Below are positions 19,505 to 29,350 of a DNA stretch of 64,000 nucleotides, piece by piece (the first letter of the stretch is position 1; each line of letters starts with the position of its first letter). The stretch covers positions 26,029 through 90,028 of the IMG/VR virus record IMGVR_UViG_3300044655_002353; one strand, written 5' to 3'. Position numbers and translations under genes: made by a program. Source of the stretch: a virus. The notes below the pieces were generated by a model, which saw nothing but the letters and a program-made list of their open reading frames with translations, ran no database searches and had not been told where the DNA came from.

Positions 19505-20228
19505 ATCTTATCTTGCTGAAAAGTTAGCAACCAATTTTGCCCCTTGGCATATTACTGACCCTGAGAAAGTTCAGTACTATATGAAAAATTATGCTAATAT
19601 GTCTGGATGGAAAGTGAATAAAGACGGAACTGTATCTGTCACTAAGTCGGACTATTCGCCTAATGGGGTATATGGCGACATTGGCGGATACGGTCATGGT
19701 GAAACTGCACTCATGGTAAAGTACAGAACTGCTAAGAAGTTTGAAATAAATGTTGCAGATGGTTCAAATTTCAAATCACTTTGGGGAATTCCTGATGCAT
19801 GCGACCAATTGAATATAAGTGTTCCGTCATTAGAAACATTAGAACATTGTACTCCAGTTATCAAAGATTCGTTATATCTCTATACTCCTAACTTGAAAAG
19901 TTTTGATTGTGGAAAAGTTTCGATTGCACAAGAACTAAAAATTGGAAGTATTGGGAAAGCACCGCTTAGAGATTTACACAAACATTTTGCAGTTCCACAA
20001 ATTCGTTTCTATAACACCGCTCTACACCTAATCAAACAAAAACCGCTGTTATCATTGTTGAAATGTAATGCTAAATTGACATGGGGTTCAATTATGACAA
20101 TTAATGGAACGTCTCTAACTGAAGTAGTAGAAGTGTTAAAAATACTAAATAAGTATAATAGTTCTAGTATTATACAATGTCAGCGAGAACTTATCGAAAA
20201 AGACCTAGACGAATATGCGGAGTTTTAA
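19491..20228 (+). CDS. CQRELIE family member A11 (LRR-like)
   Basis: MQNFKSYLAE, NFAPWH ... IIQCQRELIEKDLDEYAEF. Confidence 0.85.
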   Translation: MQNFKSYLAEKLATNFAPWHITDPEKVQYYMKNYANMSGWKVNKDGTVSVTKSDYSPNGVYGDIGGYGHGETALMVKYRTAKKFEINVADGSNFKSLWGIPDACDQLNISVPSLETLEHCTPVIKDSLYLYTPNLKSFDCGKVSIAQELKIGSIGKAPLRDLHKHFAVPQIRFYNTALHLIKQKPLLSLLKCNAKLTWGSIMTINGTSLTEVVEVLKILNKYNSSSIIQCQRELIEKDLDEYAEF

Positions 20229-20887
20229 TGAAAATAAAAGAACTATTTGAGAATGAATTACCGATGACGACACAAGGCAGAGTTAGTAGTGGAACATATG
20301 TTGTAGACCTTTCTCTTGAAAATCTTCCATCAGAAAATCTTAGACAAAGGATAGTCAAAAACATCAAGTTTGTCTATCCTCAAGCTGAAGTTCATATTGA
20401 TAAAGAAGCTATTTTGACTAAAATACCAAAGATTGTGGCATCTTATATTCATGAACTACCGGATATACATGATGACATTATTCAAACAGTTGAAGAAACA
20501 GTTAATGATTTTAATAATAAAGATGAAGATCCTATTGCTCATGGTCAATCAGAATTAGTTTTCGATGGTGTTCCATCATTCAAAGTTATTACTGAAAGAG
20601 TAACTATCAATTGTCAAGAAAATTCCATTGGTCTTACCGGGTTAGACAAGCTCATAGGACCAGAAGTTCAAGAACTATTCATTAACGATATTCAAAAGCT
20701 GAAAGGTCATATCTTGTCATTATGCAAAATACCTATGAGCGTTGATATGTATCTCTATTCAAGATCGTCTGGAGATTTACATCATAAGATTGACGAAATG
20801 CTGATAAAGCATCGTCCTACACAGGATGTCATTGGTTTTCAACGTGAACTTATCGAAAAGGATTTAGACGAATATGCAGAGTTTTAA
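20228..20887 (+). CDS. CQRELIE family member A12
   Basis: Start reassigned to MKIKELFE (TAATG overlap); conserved C-terminus. Confidence 0.85.
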   Translation: MKIKELFENELPMTTQGRVSSGTYVVDLSLENLPSENLRQRIVKNIKFVYPQAEVHIDKEAILTKIPKIVASYIHELPDIHDDIIQTVEETVNDFNNKDEDPIAHGQSELVFDGVPSFKVITERVTINCQENSIGLTGLDKLIGPEVQELFINDIQKLKGHILSLCKIPMSVDMYLYSRSSGDLHHKIDEMLIKHRPTQDVIGFQRELIEKDLDEYAEF

Positions 20888-21623
20888 AACATATCTAGCA
20901 GAAGCATCTGCCAAAAACCTTGCTCCATGGCAAGACCCGTCTAATCCAGCATATGTTAATGTCAATGTAAGTGATTACTTTAGAGGAAGTGTAAAGAGGA
21001 ATAAGAATGGTACTTATTCAACTTCTGCGCCTCATGGATATTTTATTTCGTGTCTAAAGTTAGATAATGGTAAGCAATACGTACTACCTGTCAAGTTTTC
21101 AATTATGAGTTACTTTGAAACTATTTCCGGTGTTGAAAATGGTCTTACTACTCTTCAAGGTTGTCCTGATACAATAAGACATGAAATGGTTATTGACTCA
21201 AAGAACTTAACCACCTTAGATTATCTTTATACTCAAGTACATTGGAAGCTCAGCATTCAATGTCCTAATCTCAAAACATTTGGAGATGCAAAAACAAAAT
21301 GTCTTGACTTAGTTCTATATGACATTGGTGATGTTCCTCTCAAAGAGGTTCAATATCACGTTGAAGTAATTCATACTATCTATCTTGGATTTGATGCTGC
21401 CTATAAAAAACCTGTCTTATCAATATTCAAAATCAAAGGACATTGGGTTTCAATAGAACAAAGAACCAGTTTTGACCAATGGAAGTCAGACCCAGATGGT
21501 TCTAAAGCTAAAGAATTTGATTTAGTATGCAAAATACTAAGCAAGTATGCTAAATCTCGAAACGCCATTGCGTGCCAACGCGAACTAATTGAAAATGACT
21601 TGGATGAATACGCAGAGTTCTAA
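20874..21623 (+). CDS. CQRELIE family member A13 (LRR-like)
   Basis: MQSFKTYLAE, NLAPWQ, LTTLQGCP ... AIACQRELIENDLDEYAEF. Confidence 0.85.
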   Translation: MQSFKTYLAEASAKNLAPWQDPSNPAYVNVNVSDYFRGSVKRNKNGTYSTSAPHGYFISCLKLDNGKQYVLPVKFSIMSYFETISGVENGLTTLQGCPDTIRHEMVIDSKNLTTLDYLYTQVHWKLSIQCPNLKTFGDAKTKCLDLVLYDIGDVPLKEVQYHVEVIHTIYLGFDAAYKKPVLSIFKIKGHWVSIEQRTSFDQWKSDPDGSKAKEFDLVCKILSKYAKSRNAIACQRELIENDLDEYAEF

Positions 21624-21829
21624 GAGTTTAACAAGTTAGTCAAAAAGTCTATCTTAACAGCAAGTTCGAGTTTCTCTGCTTCCATTTTTCCTATTGCATT
21701 ATTGATATTGTCGAGACCGTTTACTCTGGCGTAAAAGTTATAGTTTTCTTTAAAAAACCCTAATGATTTTGCGACGAATTCATAATCTTGACTTAGTTTT
21801 TCTAAATATTCTGCTGAAAAGTTATTCAT
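21620..21829 (-). CDS. Small hypothetical protein
   Basis: 69-aa ORF with AGAGGGA RBS, downstream of 21836-22147. Confidence 0.5.
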   Translation of the reverse strand: MNNFSAEYLEKLSQDYEFVAKSLGFFKENYNFYARVNGLDNINNAIGKMEAEKLELAVKIDFLTNLLNS

Positions 21830-21835
21830 GTGTTT

Positions 21836-22147
21836 TTATCCCTCTTTATTTTGATATCTTAAATGTAGTCCACAACTTGCTTTTCCACAAGTTGTTCTAT
21901 AGCCTCTGTATAATACATAAGACCGTTTATTGCCACAGAACTGGCATAATGGCATATCATCAATATTATTCAATATGCAATAAATCCGTTCATGAAGTGT
22001 AGCTTCTTTTGGAAGAAAAAGTGTCTCACGTAGAATACTTTCGAATAAGTCAGGGTCAATAGACTCAAGATATTCAGTCTTTCTTGAGTTCAACTTTTTC
22101 TTATTAGATACTAATAAAGATTGTTCTATTTGAGATTTGATTTCCAT
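21836..22147 (-). CDS. Small zinc-binding protein, possible homing-endonuclease remnant
   Basis: ERIYCILNNI...PLCQFCG...GYRTTCGKASC; preceded by a minus-strand TATAAATA. Confidence 0.5.
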   Translation of the reverse strand: MEIKSQIEQSLLVSNKKKLNSRKTEYLESIDPDLFESILRETLFLPKEATLHERIYCILNNIDDMPLCQFCGNKRSYVLYRGYRTTCGKASCGLHLRYQNKEG

Positions 22148-22271
22148 ATACTCTATTTATATGTAGGGTTACATACATATTTCGAGAATTAGAAGGCTCT
22201 AATGATAAATACTCTCATATAGAAATATAATTCTTTATATATATAATTCAATTTCAAAGGAGAGCTTACTT

Positions 22272-22865
22272 ATGGCAACTTTATCACAAACAGGGATACC
22301 ATTATCTGGTAACGGTATTCTTCATCCTAAACACCGTAATAGATTTCAAGTTCAATTCGTAGGTATGTTGAACGACGGCACAAACCTAACAAGACAGGTT
22401 GTTACATGTAATCGTCCAACATTAACATTTGATGAAGTCCCATTACATCGTTACAATTCAATCTCATTTGTTGCAGGAAAGCATTCTTGGTCAGATTTCC
22501 AAGTAACTTTGGAAGATGACTTGACAGGTTTAGCATCTTCTGCTGTTCAAGCTCAATTAGAAAGACAACAGCGTTTGATTGGTGCTGACCATGCTTCAGG
22601 TCAATTTTTGAATACTGCAGCGACTGCATCAGGTTACAAATTTGGTGTAGTTCTTCAAATGCTTGATGGTAATGAAGCTATTGCGGAACAATGGAAAATG
22701 GAAGGTGCTTGGATAAAAGAAGCAACTTATGGAGACCTTGACTATTCGTCAGCTGACCAAGTTCAAATCCAATTATCAATCAAATATGACCATGCATGGC
22801 AAGAATTGAATAATGGCGTAGTTGGAACTGATGGTATAAATGCTACAGCTGGTTTCTTGTTGTAA
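22272..22865 (+). CDS. Tail tube protein (T4 gp19-like)
   Basis: RFQVQF, RPTLTF, AGKHSW, W.MEGAWI....YGDLDYS, IKYDHA motifs; AAGGAG RBS; GATAAATA promoter. Confidence 0.85.
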   Translation: MATLSQTGIPLSGNGILHPKHRNRFQVQFVGMLNDGTNLTRQVVTCNRPTLTFDEVPLHRYNSISFVAGKHSWSDFQVTLEDDLTGLASSAVQAQLERQQRLIGADHASGQFLNTAATASGYKFGVVLQMLDGNEAIAEQWKMEGAWIKEATYGDLDYSSADQVQIQLSIKYDHAWQELNNGVVGTDGINATAGFLL

Positions 22866-22880
22866 GTTTCATACTCATAG

Positions 22881-22919
22881 AAGGGGGGAGAATACCAATA
22901 AAGTATTCTCCCCTTTTTT
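22881..22919 (+). terminator. Intrinsic terminator after the tail tube gene
   Basis: GGGGAGAATAC/GTATTCTCCCC stem plus T tract. Confidence 0.8.
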
Positions 22920-23006
22920 GTTTATATTATTAGTAAATATTAGTTTTCCAAATAAAGATAAATACATTTAGTACATGTATTACCAGAAAACAAGGAACTT
23001 ATATAA

Positions 23007-24275
23007 ATGTCAGCAATTGATTTTAGCAAAATAGTCAGTGGAGCAGGGATACAGCTCGAACAAGCAGCTTATAACAAATTTGGAGCAGCGGTCGACCAGT
23101 TTACTCGTGCTCCATTTTCTGACATGATTACCGCAAGGACTTCGAGTTTTGGAGGTTTAGACCCGCATTTTAGACCAGACCAAAAAGGAATATGGCGACC
23201 TGCTAACTATGCGCAGGATTTAATTACGTATCAACCGAAACATAGGTTTATGTTTCGTGTATTGTTCGAAATGAATCCTAACTTTACTGAACTGATAGGC
23301 GGAAGAAAAGACGTATTTCAATATGTTATCAAAAATATTGATAGACCTAAATTGAACTTTGATTATGAAGCTGTCAATATGTATAACTATAAGACAAAGG
23401 TTTTGAAGACAATCAACCATGAACCTTTGTCAATGACGTTGATTGACGATATCGCAGATACTTTTCATGCGTTCTTTGCTGCTTATCTTCGTGCTCATTC
23501 ACCAGCGGCTCGTTCATGGACACCAGAAAAGTCATTAGCTATGATGGAAAGCAGTGGTATGGCTTTTTCCAAATCACGTGACGGAACGCAGATTGACTCT
23601 GCTGCGCGAGGTGCTTTACCTGATGATGCTATCAATCCATTTCGTTCTATTCGTCTTATTCAGTACTTTGGACATGCTACACAATTGAATACTTTTTGGT
23701 TTGTCAATCCACGTATCCTTGACATTTCTTATGACTCTGCTGATAATGAAGGTGGAGATGTTGGTAACCATGCCACTATAAGATTTGATTATGATGCTTT
23801 GTCAATTGGACAACCGACACAAGTCACAGGTCGTTCAGAATATGCTGCTCCAGGGTCTGATATGTTTAGTCCAGAAATCCCAGTTCAAAACATTGGTTTT
23901 CCTTCTCCTCATTGGTACGGTGATAGTGCCGGTCCTGGAGGATTTGGTGGAGGTGGAGGATGGTTAGGTAATGTGTTATCAGGTGTTGTAGGAGGAGCAG
24001 TCAATCAAGTAGCAAGTGGAATAGTAGGTAACATCAAAATTCCAATTCTTGGACAAGCAGCACGAAATGTTGTCTTTGGAGCTTCACGTCAGATTACCAA
24101 TACTACTCGTAATACTTTATTTGGTGTAACTGGCGGTTTAAGTTCAGCTATCTCTAACTCAGCATCAAGTGCTGGACGATGGATAAGTGACTCGGTGTCT
24201 AACATGGGGAAAACTTCACCGCCAGTAGGAACTCAAACATCTGATGAAATGTTTAGGAAAATAAGAGAAGAATAA
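23007..24275 (+). CDS. Tail tube-like baseplate protein (gp48/gp54-type tube initiator)
   Basis: Tube-fold motifs (PKHRFMFRV, IDRPK.NF, YNYK, TIRFDYD) with a Gly-rich C-terminal extension; adjacent to the tube gene. Confidence 0.6.
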   Translation: MSAIDFSKIVSGAGIQLEQAAYNKFGAAVDQFTRAPFSDMITARTSSFGGLDPHFRPDQKGIWRPANYAQDLITYQPKHRFMFRVLFEMNPNFTELIGGRKDVFQYVIKNIDRPKLNFDYEAVNMYNYKTKVLKTINHEPLSMTLIDDIADTFHAFFAAYLRAHSPAARSWTPEKSLAMMESSGMAFSKSRDGTQIDSAARGALPDDAINPFRSIRLIQYFGHATQLNTFWFVNPRILDISYDSADNEGGDVGNHATIRFDYDALSIGQPTQVTGRSEYAAPGSDMFSPEIPVQNIGFPSPHWYGDSAGPGGFGGGGGWLGNVLSGVVGGAVNQVASGIVGNIKIPILGQAARNVVFGASRQITNTTRNTLFGVTGGLSSAISNSASSAGRWISDSVSNMGKTSPPVGTQTSDEMFRKIREE

Positions 24276-24279
24276 GATT

Positions 24280-24855
24280 ATGGCTCAAGGTCGTTTTATT
24301 CCGCGCAATCCTCAAAAGTATTTTGGAAATGCTGCTCAAATCTTCTTTCGTTCTTCATGGGAACTAACTGTCATGAAGTTCTTTGATAGTTCTATAAGTG
24401 TTACTAGATGGAATAGTGAAGAAGTTGCAATACCTTACATTTCTCCAAAAGATGGACGAGTCCATCGGTATTATCCTGACTTTATGTTTGAGATGATAAA
24501 TACAAATCAAGAAGTTGAAAGATGGATAGTTGAAGTAAAACCGTTGAAAGAAGCAAGTGCTGAACATGCTAAGTCAGCTTATGATAGAGTTGCACTTATG
24601 GTCAATGAAGCGAAGTGGATTGCCGCTGAAAGGTTTTGCCAGGTCAATGGAATGAAATTCAAGGTCATCACTGAAGTTGATATCTATCGAATGATGCCAC
24701 GAACTGCAAAGAAGAAAGCACCAAAAGTCAAAAAGCTAGCTGCCAATGGAACTAAGAAACCTGTAGCACCAAGAAAACCGAAAACTGCAAGTAAGACATC
24801 TATAACAAGAGCGCCAACAAATGATAAAAGAAAATCTAAAAAAACATCCGCTTGA
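24280..24855 (+). CDS. Head completion nuclease (T4 gp4-like, TnsA N-terminal fold)
   Basis: GRFIPRNPQKY, RSSWE, WNSEE..IPY.SP.DGRVHRYYPDF, EVKP, NEAKW.AA motifs. Confidence 0.85.
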   Translation: MAQGRFIPRNPQKYFGNAAQIFFRSSWELTVMKFFDSSISVTRWNSEEVAIPYISPKDGRVHRYYPDFMFEMINTNQEVERWIVEVKPLKEASAEHAKSAYDRVALMVNEAKWIAAERFCQVNGMKFKVITEVDIYRMMPRTAKKKAPKVKKLAANGTKKPVAPRKPKTASKTSITRAPTNDKRKSKKTSA

Positions 24856-25294
24856 AGATATCTTCAACATTGAACCAGGTTCAACTTATGATATGACTAC
24901 AAGTTCATCATCTTCATATGAAGATGATATGATTGCTGTTCCTCAACAAACGGTTGCCCAATCATATCAAGATGATGCAGAAGATATTGATATCAACAAT
25001 AAGATTGAGAGTATTTTTGAAGCTGCTATGGATGCTTATGAAAACCAAACAGCACTTACTGAAATAGTAGAACCTCGATATGCTGCAAGGAATGCAGAAG
25101 TGGCGGCACAGTACCTCAATACTGCGTTGAATGCAACGGCTCTTAAAGCAAGAACTAAAAATGACAAAAGAAAGACTGCTCCATTTATTCCATTTGGAAA
25201 TAATACAAATATTTCTGGGAACAACATCGTTGTCGCGGATAGAAATCAGATATTAGAAATGTTACGTAACAAAAACAAGGATTCGTTAGACTAA
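24821..25294 (+). CDS. Terminase small subunit (gp16-like), putative
   Basis: EPRYAARNAEVAAQYLNTAL and NNIVVADRNQILEML resemble the gp16 helical core and C-terminal strand; size fits. Confidence 0.6.
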   Translation: MIKENLKKHPLEDIFNIEPGSTYDMTTSSSSSYEDDMIAVPQQTVAQSYQDDAEDIDINNKIESIFEAAMDAYENQTALTEIVEPRYAARNAEVAAQYLNTALNATALKARTKNDKRKTAPFIPFGNNTNISGNNIVVADRNQILEMLRNKNKDSLD

Positions 25295-25971
25295 TGAAAA
25301 TAAAAGAATTATTTGAAACATCAAGTACTCAACAAATGACTAATCCAGAAGTCCGTGAGTTAATTCAATACTGGGTTGATAAGGGTTGGCTAAAGGAAGG
25401 TTTTAACAATGGTGATTCTATACATGGTTTCCAAGTAGCTTCTGATGGTTCTGCTGAACGTAAACTTGATAAGCTAGAAATAGTGAATGAAATGCTAACT
25501 CCTGAAGGAACCTTTCCGTTCAAGTTATCTCGTGCTAAGTATGTCGCAGTTAGAGCAAATAATCTTTCTTCGTTCAAAAACTTTCCTGAACAAATTGAAC
25601 ATCGAATTTCTGGCAATCTTTTGTGTCTTGACATGTTAGCACCTAGCTTCCCTCATCTTACATCTTTAGAAGGATGTCCAAAATACTGTAGAGGTCACGC
25701 GAGATTATCACGAGCAAAAAATCTATCATATGCTAACGTTCATAAACATATCTTAGCTGCAGATGTGATTTCTATAAATGAAGAATATGTTGGCCCAATG
25801 TTAGGATTTCTAAAGATAGTCAATCTTAAAGAAATTAGACACTTATATTCAGAAAATGGAAAATTAGCTGAAGCAGCAGAGATTATCAATGAGTATCTAC
25901 CAAAAGGAGATTCTGTTGCATGCCAACGAAAACTAATTGAAAATGATTTAGACGAGTACGCGGAGTTTTAA
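25294..25971 (+). CDS. CQRELIE family member B1 (LRR-like)
   Basis: MKIKELFE; SFKNFPE, TSLEGCP; conserved C-terminus. Confidence 0.85.
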   Translation: MKIKELFETSSTQQMTNPEVRELIQYWVDKGWLKEGFNNGDSIHGFQVASDGSAERKLDKLEIVNEMLTPEGTFPFKLSRAKYVAVRANNLSSFKNFPEQIEHRISGNLLCLDMLAPSFPHLTSLEGCPKYCRGHARLSRAKNLSYANVHKHILAADVISINEEYVGPMLGFLKIVNLKEIRHLYSENGKLAEAAEIINEYLPKGDSVACQRKLIENDLDEYAEF

Positions 25972-26642
25972 TGAAAATTAAAGAACTATTATCAGAAGAT
26001 ACTGTCAAAGAATGCACATTAGAATGCGTTTATTATTTTCCATTTACAGTTAACGGTTATGATAAACTTTCTAAAACATTGATTAGAAAAGCTGTATATA
26101 ATCTTTTAAAAGGATTTAAATACTCAATAGAGAATGTTAGCGAACACTCATTCAATATCAAAATAAAAAGTCCTGATAGTAATTTGCTAAAATCAAAAGC
26201 AAATCAATTCAAGTTTCATGATAAAGTAATGGAAGCTGTTTGTGATGCTATTGGTGAAAATTATATTGACGTTATCAATAATCAGTTATTTCAAGTATTT
26301 TGTAATATCTATAGTAACTATATCCCAACTTTTCCGGTTGAATGTGAGTTCTTTAAATTGACAATAACTCCAGATATCAAATTTACTGGAATACATAAAG
26401 TATTAGATTGTTTCCAATTACAATTAAATGACTTTCATAATTTCAAAGGTGGGGGCTTATTAAGTTTATTGAAACTTAACCCGTCAACTACAGTAAGACT
26501 TAGTATAAACGGAAAAATGTACCCGGAATTAGCTAGTGCTTGGAACATTATTCAAACATATTTATCATCAAAAAATCGTGATCTCGTTGCATGTCAACGA
26601 AAACTAATTGAAAAGGATTTAGACGAGTACGCAGAACTATGA
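25971..26642 (+). CDS. CQRELIE family member B2
   Basis: MKIKELLSE; close paralog of 33866. Confidence 0.85.
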   Translation: MKIKELLSEDTVKECTLECVYYFPFTVNGYDKLSKTLIRKAVYNLLKGFKYSIENVSEHSFNIKIKSPDSNLLKSKANQFKFHDKVMEAVCDAIGENYIDVINNQLFQVFCNIYSNYIPTFPVECEFFKLTITPDIKFTGIHKVLDCFQLQLNDFHNFKGGGLLSLLKLNPSTTVRLSINGKMYPELASAWNIIQTYLSSKNRDLVACQRKLIEKDLDEYAEL

Positions 26643-27355
26643 AAATACGAGAACTACTTCAAGAAGCACCTAAAGTTTCAGAAGAAACAAAACGAGTTAG
26701 AGCCATTATTAAACAATGGCGAGAAGAAATAAAAGCTAATCCGCAATTTTCAGAATCTGCTTTTGGTCACTTCGAGCTAACCCCAGATAATCATCTTATT
26801 CATAAAGGACGAGCATTAGTAATTCGAAACTACATGTTAGATGAAAATGGAGAATTACCAATCAAAATCCATAGTTGTTATAAGTTATCAGTTGGAACTC
26901 CAAAAATTAAGTCATTCAAAAACTTTCCTAATGAAATACTTAGAGATTATAGAAATAAAGTAGGATTTGGAAGATTTGATTGGTCACTTAACTTTGGAGG
27001 GGTTTATTCAAATGATGAACGATATGATCATATCACTTCGTTAGAAGGAATTACTCCAGAAGTTCAGGGTGGTATTGATATGAGCATGCTAGAAAAAGTG
27101 AATTTTTCTAATGTTGATAAGTATATCAAAAGTTGTTCTGTTGTTGCTATTGACCGTGATTATGTTGGCCCATTACTAAGTTTTCTGAAAATACCAAACT
27201 TGCAAAAAATTAATGGTCCAACATTACAAAATGCTACAACTAATAAAGAAAAAGCTTGTGCTATTGTTACTGAACATTTAAAAGGTAAAAGAAACATCAT
27301 TGAGTGCCAACGAGAACTAATTGAAAAGGATTTAGACGAGTACGCAGAACTATGA
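26639..27355 (+). CDS. CQRELIE family member B3 (LRR-like)
   Basis: MKIRELLQE; SFKNFP, TSLEGITP. Confidence 0.85.
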   Translation: MKIRELLQEAPKVSEETKRVRAIIKQWREEIKANPQFSESAFGHFELTPDNHLIHKGRALVIRNYMLDENGELPIKIHSCYKLSVGTPKIKSFKNFPNEILRDYRNKVGFGRFDWSLNFGGVYSNDERYDHITSLEGITPEVQGGIDMSMLEKVNFSNVDKYIKSCSVVAIDRDYVGPLLSFLKIPNLQKINGPTLQNATTNKEKACAIVTEHLKGKRNIIECQRELIEKDLDEYAEL

Positions 27356-28044
27356 AAATTGGAGAGTTGTTAAATGAAGCAGTAAAGAAGCATCCGGAAG
27401 AATTTGCTATCATGGCTAAGATACATAAATGGCGAACCAAAATTGCTTCTGAAAAAGCTGCAACATATTCTTCATGGTATCCACCATTCGGAAAATATAA
27501 AATAGTTCCATATAAAGGTGGAGGTTATGGTGTAGAGCATTTGAGCGAAAATCTAAAACTTTATGAATGGATGTTTGAGAACGGAGAGCTTCCATTCAAG
27601 TTTATATCATGTATTTCACTTGATGTTTATGGTGTTAATGCAATGACAACGTTTAAAAACTTTCCAGATAAAGTTCTTAATAATAGTAATGGCACAATGC
27701 TGAACATATTCGGAGTTAATAGCACAATGAAAGGGCCTAATATTCATTCATTAGAAGGTGTGCCTCGACATATTAATGGTTCCGCAGATTTTTCTCATTT
27801 TCCGAAACTATCTTTTGCAAATGTTCATAAACATATCGATTATGTTGAAGGTGTTAAATTTCCATATCCGTATAAAGGTCCTATTCTTGGATTTCTAAAG
27901 ATAAATGGATTGAGTTCAGTTACAGACCATGGTGATAAGTGGCAACAGATACTAAATAAACATTTAGCAAGTTCTAAACGAGATGCCATTGCATGTCAAC
28001 GCGAATTGATTGAAAAAGATTTAGACGAGTACGCGGAGTTTTAA
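27352..28044 (+). CDS. CQRELIE family member B4 (LRR-like)
   Basis: MKIGELLNE; TFKNFP, SLEGVP. Confidence 0.85.
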   Translation: MKIGELLNEAVKKHPEEFAIMAKIHKWRTKIASEKAATYSSWYPPFGKYKIVPYKGGGYGVEHLSENLKLYEWMFENGELPFKFISCISLDVYGVNAMTTFKNFPDKVLNNSNGTMLNIFGVNSTMKGPNIHSLEGVPRHINGSADFSHFPKLSFANVHKHIDYVEGVKFPYPYKGPILGFLKINGLSSVTDHGDKWQQILNKHLASSKRDAIACQRELIEKDLDEYAEF

Positions 28045-28709
28045 TGAAAATACAAGAACTATTTGAACAAACATCTAGTAATCAACAAATGTCTAAGGAT
28101 GAAGTACTTGCTATTATTGATGAATGGCGAAGTTGGCAAACTTTTCCGCATGATTACTATGACAAATTTGTAGTCGCTAAAGATGGAACAGTTTCATGCA
28201 ATATGCCAAAATTTCAAATTACGGAAAGAATGCTAACGCCAGAAGGAACTCTTCCATTCAAGATTACCCGAGCTAAATGTATTCACGTTTATACGTCTGC
28301 ACTTTCTTCATTCAAAAACTTTCCAGAGTATATTGAAACTCCTAAAAGCTCAAAGATTGATGCTCTAAAATTAGAGGGAGTAAATTTCCCTAAGCTTACT
28401 TCTTTAGAAAGTATTCCAAAGTATTCCAAAGGAGTATTGAATTTATGGGAAGCTCAAAATTTATCATTCGCTAATGTTCATAACCATATCTTAGAAGCTG
28501 ATAAGATTTATATTTCTGGGAATAAGCCAAGTCCGATATTAGGATTTTTGAAAATCAAAAACCTTAAAACTGTTTGGATATCAAGTGAAAGTATTGACGA
28601 TTTCGAAAGAGCAATTGATATTCTCAATGAATTCTTACCTAATGGCAACACCATTGCGTGCCAACGAAAACTAATTGAAAATGACTTAGACGAGTATGCG
28701 GAGTTTTAA
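28044..28709 (+). CDS. CQRELIE family member B5 (LRR-like)
   Basis: MKIQELFE; close paralog of 25294. Confidence 0.85.
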   Translation: MKIQELFEQTSSNQQMSKDEVLAIIDEWRSWQTFPHDYYDKFVVAKDGTVSCNMPKFQITERMLTPEGTLPFKITRAKCIHVYTSALSSFKNFPEYIETPKSSKIDALKLEGVNFPKLTSLESIPKYSKGVLNLWEAQNLSFANVHNHILEADKIYISGNKPSPILGFLKIKNLKTVWISSESIDDFERAIDILNEFLPNGNTIACQRKLIENDLDEYAEF

Positions 28710-29350
28710 TGAAAATAAAAGAATTGTTTGAACAGGAAGAAGAACAAATACCATATAAAGTAGCAGAGCAATTGAGAATGCTTACTCAAGGTACTATCAA
28801 TCTAAATAAAATGGGCATATTATATGCTAATTCTAAATTAGACTTATCGCAATCTGATACGGCATTTGGAGCTTTCGCTGATAAAGTTGAAAATGGATAT
28901 GAACTAAAATATAAACTTGACGTAGTATTAGGTGATTTTGATATTGAAGATAGACAAATAGTTTCATTCAAAAACTTTCCAAACTCGGTTCATGGTGCTG
29001 TAAATTGTTATAAAAATAATATTACTTCACTTGAAGGTGCTCCTTATAATATAAGTGGTTCTTTAGATTTGATTGATAATCCTATCACTTCATTCAAAGA
29101 TATTCATAAACATATTCAGAGTTGCAGTAAGATTTATGTTCCTGTATCAGTTCAATCAAACTTATTAGGTGTATTGAAGATGAAAAATATTCCTTTACTT
29201 TCTACTGCTTCAACTGATAGATGGAAAGAAGGTTATAATACTTTATTAAAAGCTATATCTATCATAAATAGTTATCAAACAGCCAATGATTGGATTGCAT
29301 GTCAACGAAAACTAATTGAAAACGACCTGGACGAGTACGCAGAATTATGA
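28709..29350 (+). CDS. CQRELIE family member B6 (LRR-like)
   Basis: MKIKELFE; NNITSLEGAP, NPITSFK. Confidence 0.85.
   Translation: MKIKELFEQEEEQIPYKVAEQLRMLTQGTINLNKMGILYANSKLDLSQSDTAFGAFADKVENGYELKYKLDVVLGDFDIEDRQIVSFKNFPNSVHGAVNCYKNNITSLEGAPYNISGSLDLIDNPITSFKDIHKHIQSCSKIYVPVSVQSNLLGVLKMKNIPLLSTASTDRWKEGYNTLLKAISIINSYQTANDWIACQRKLIENDLDEYAEL

Larger units (their letters stand above)
12799..21623 (+). repeat. Cassette array 1: 13 tandem paralogs joined by a ~55-bp conserved junction repeat
   Basis: Repeat consensus gcNtgYcaacgNgaactWattgaaaaNgaYttagacgaRtaYgcRgaRttttaa at every gene end; 16049-16098 and 20839-20888 are identical over 50 nt. Confidence 0.95.

Noticed and set aside
24280-24855. 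TnsA transposase / Tn7 element
   Set aside because: The same fold is the gp4 head completion protein, the context is virion genes and no tnsBC is present.
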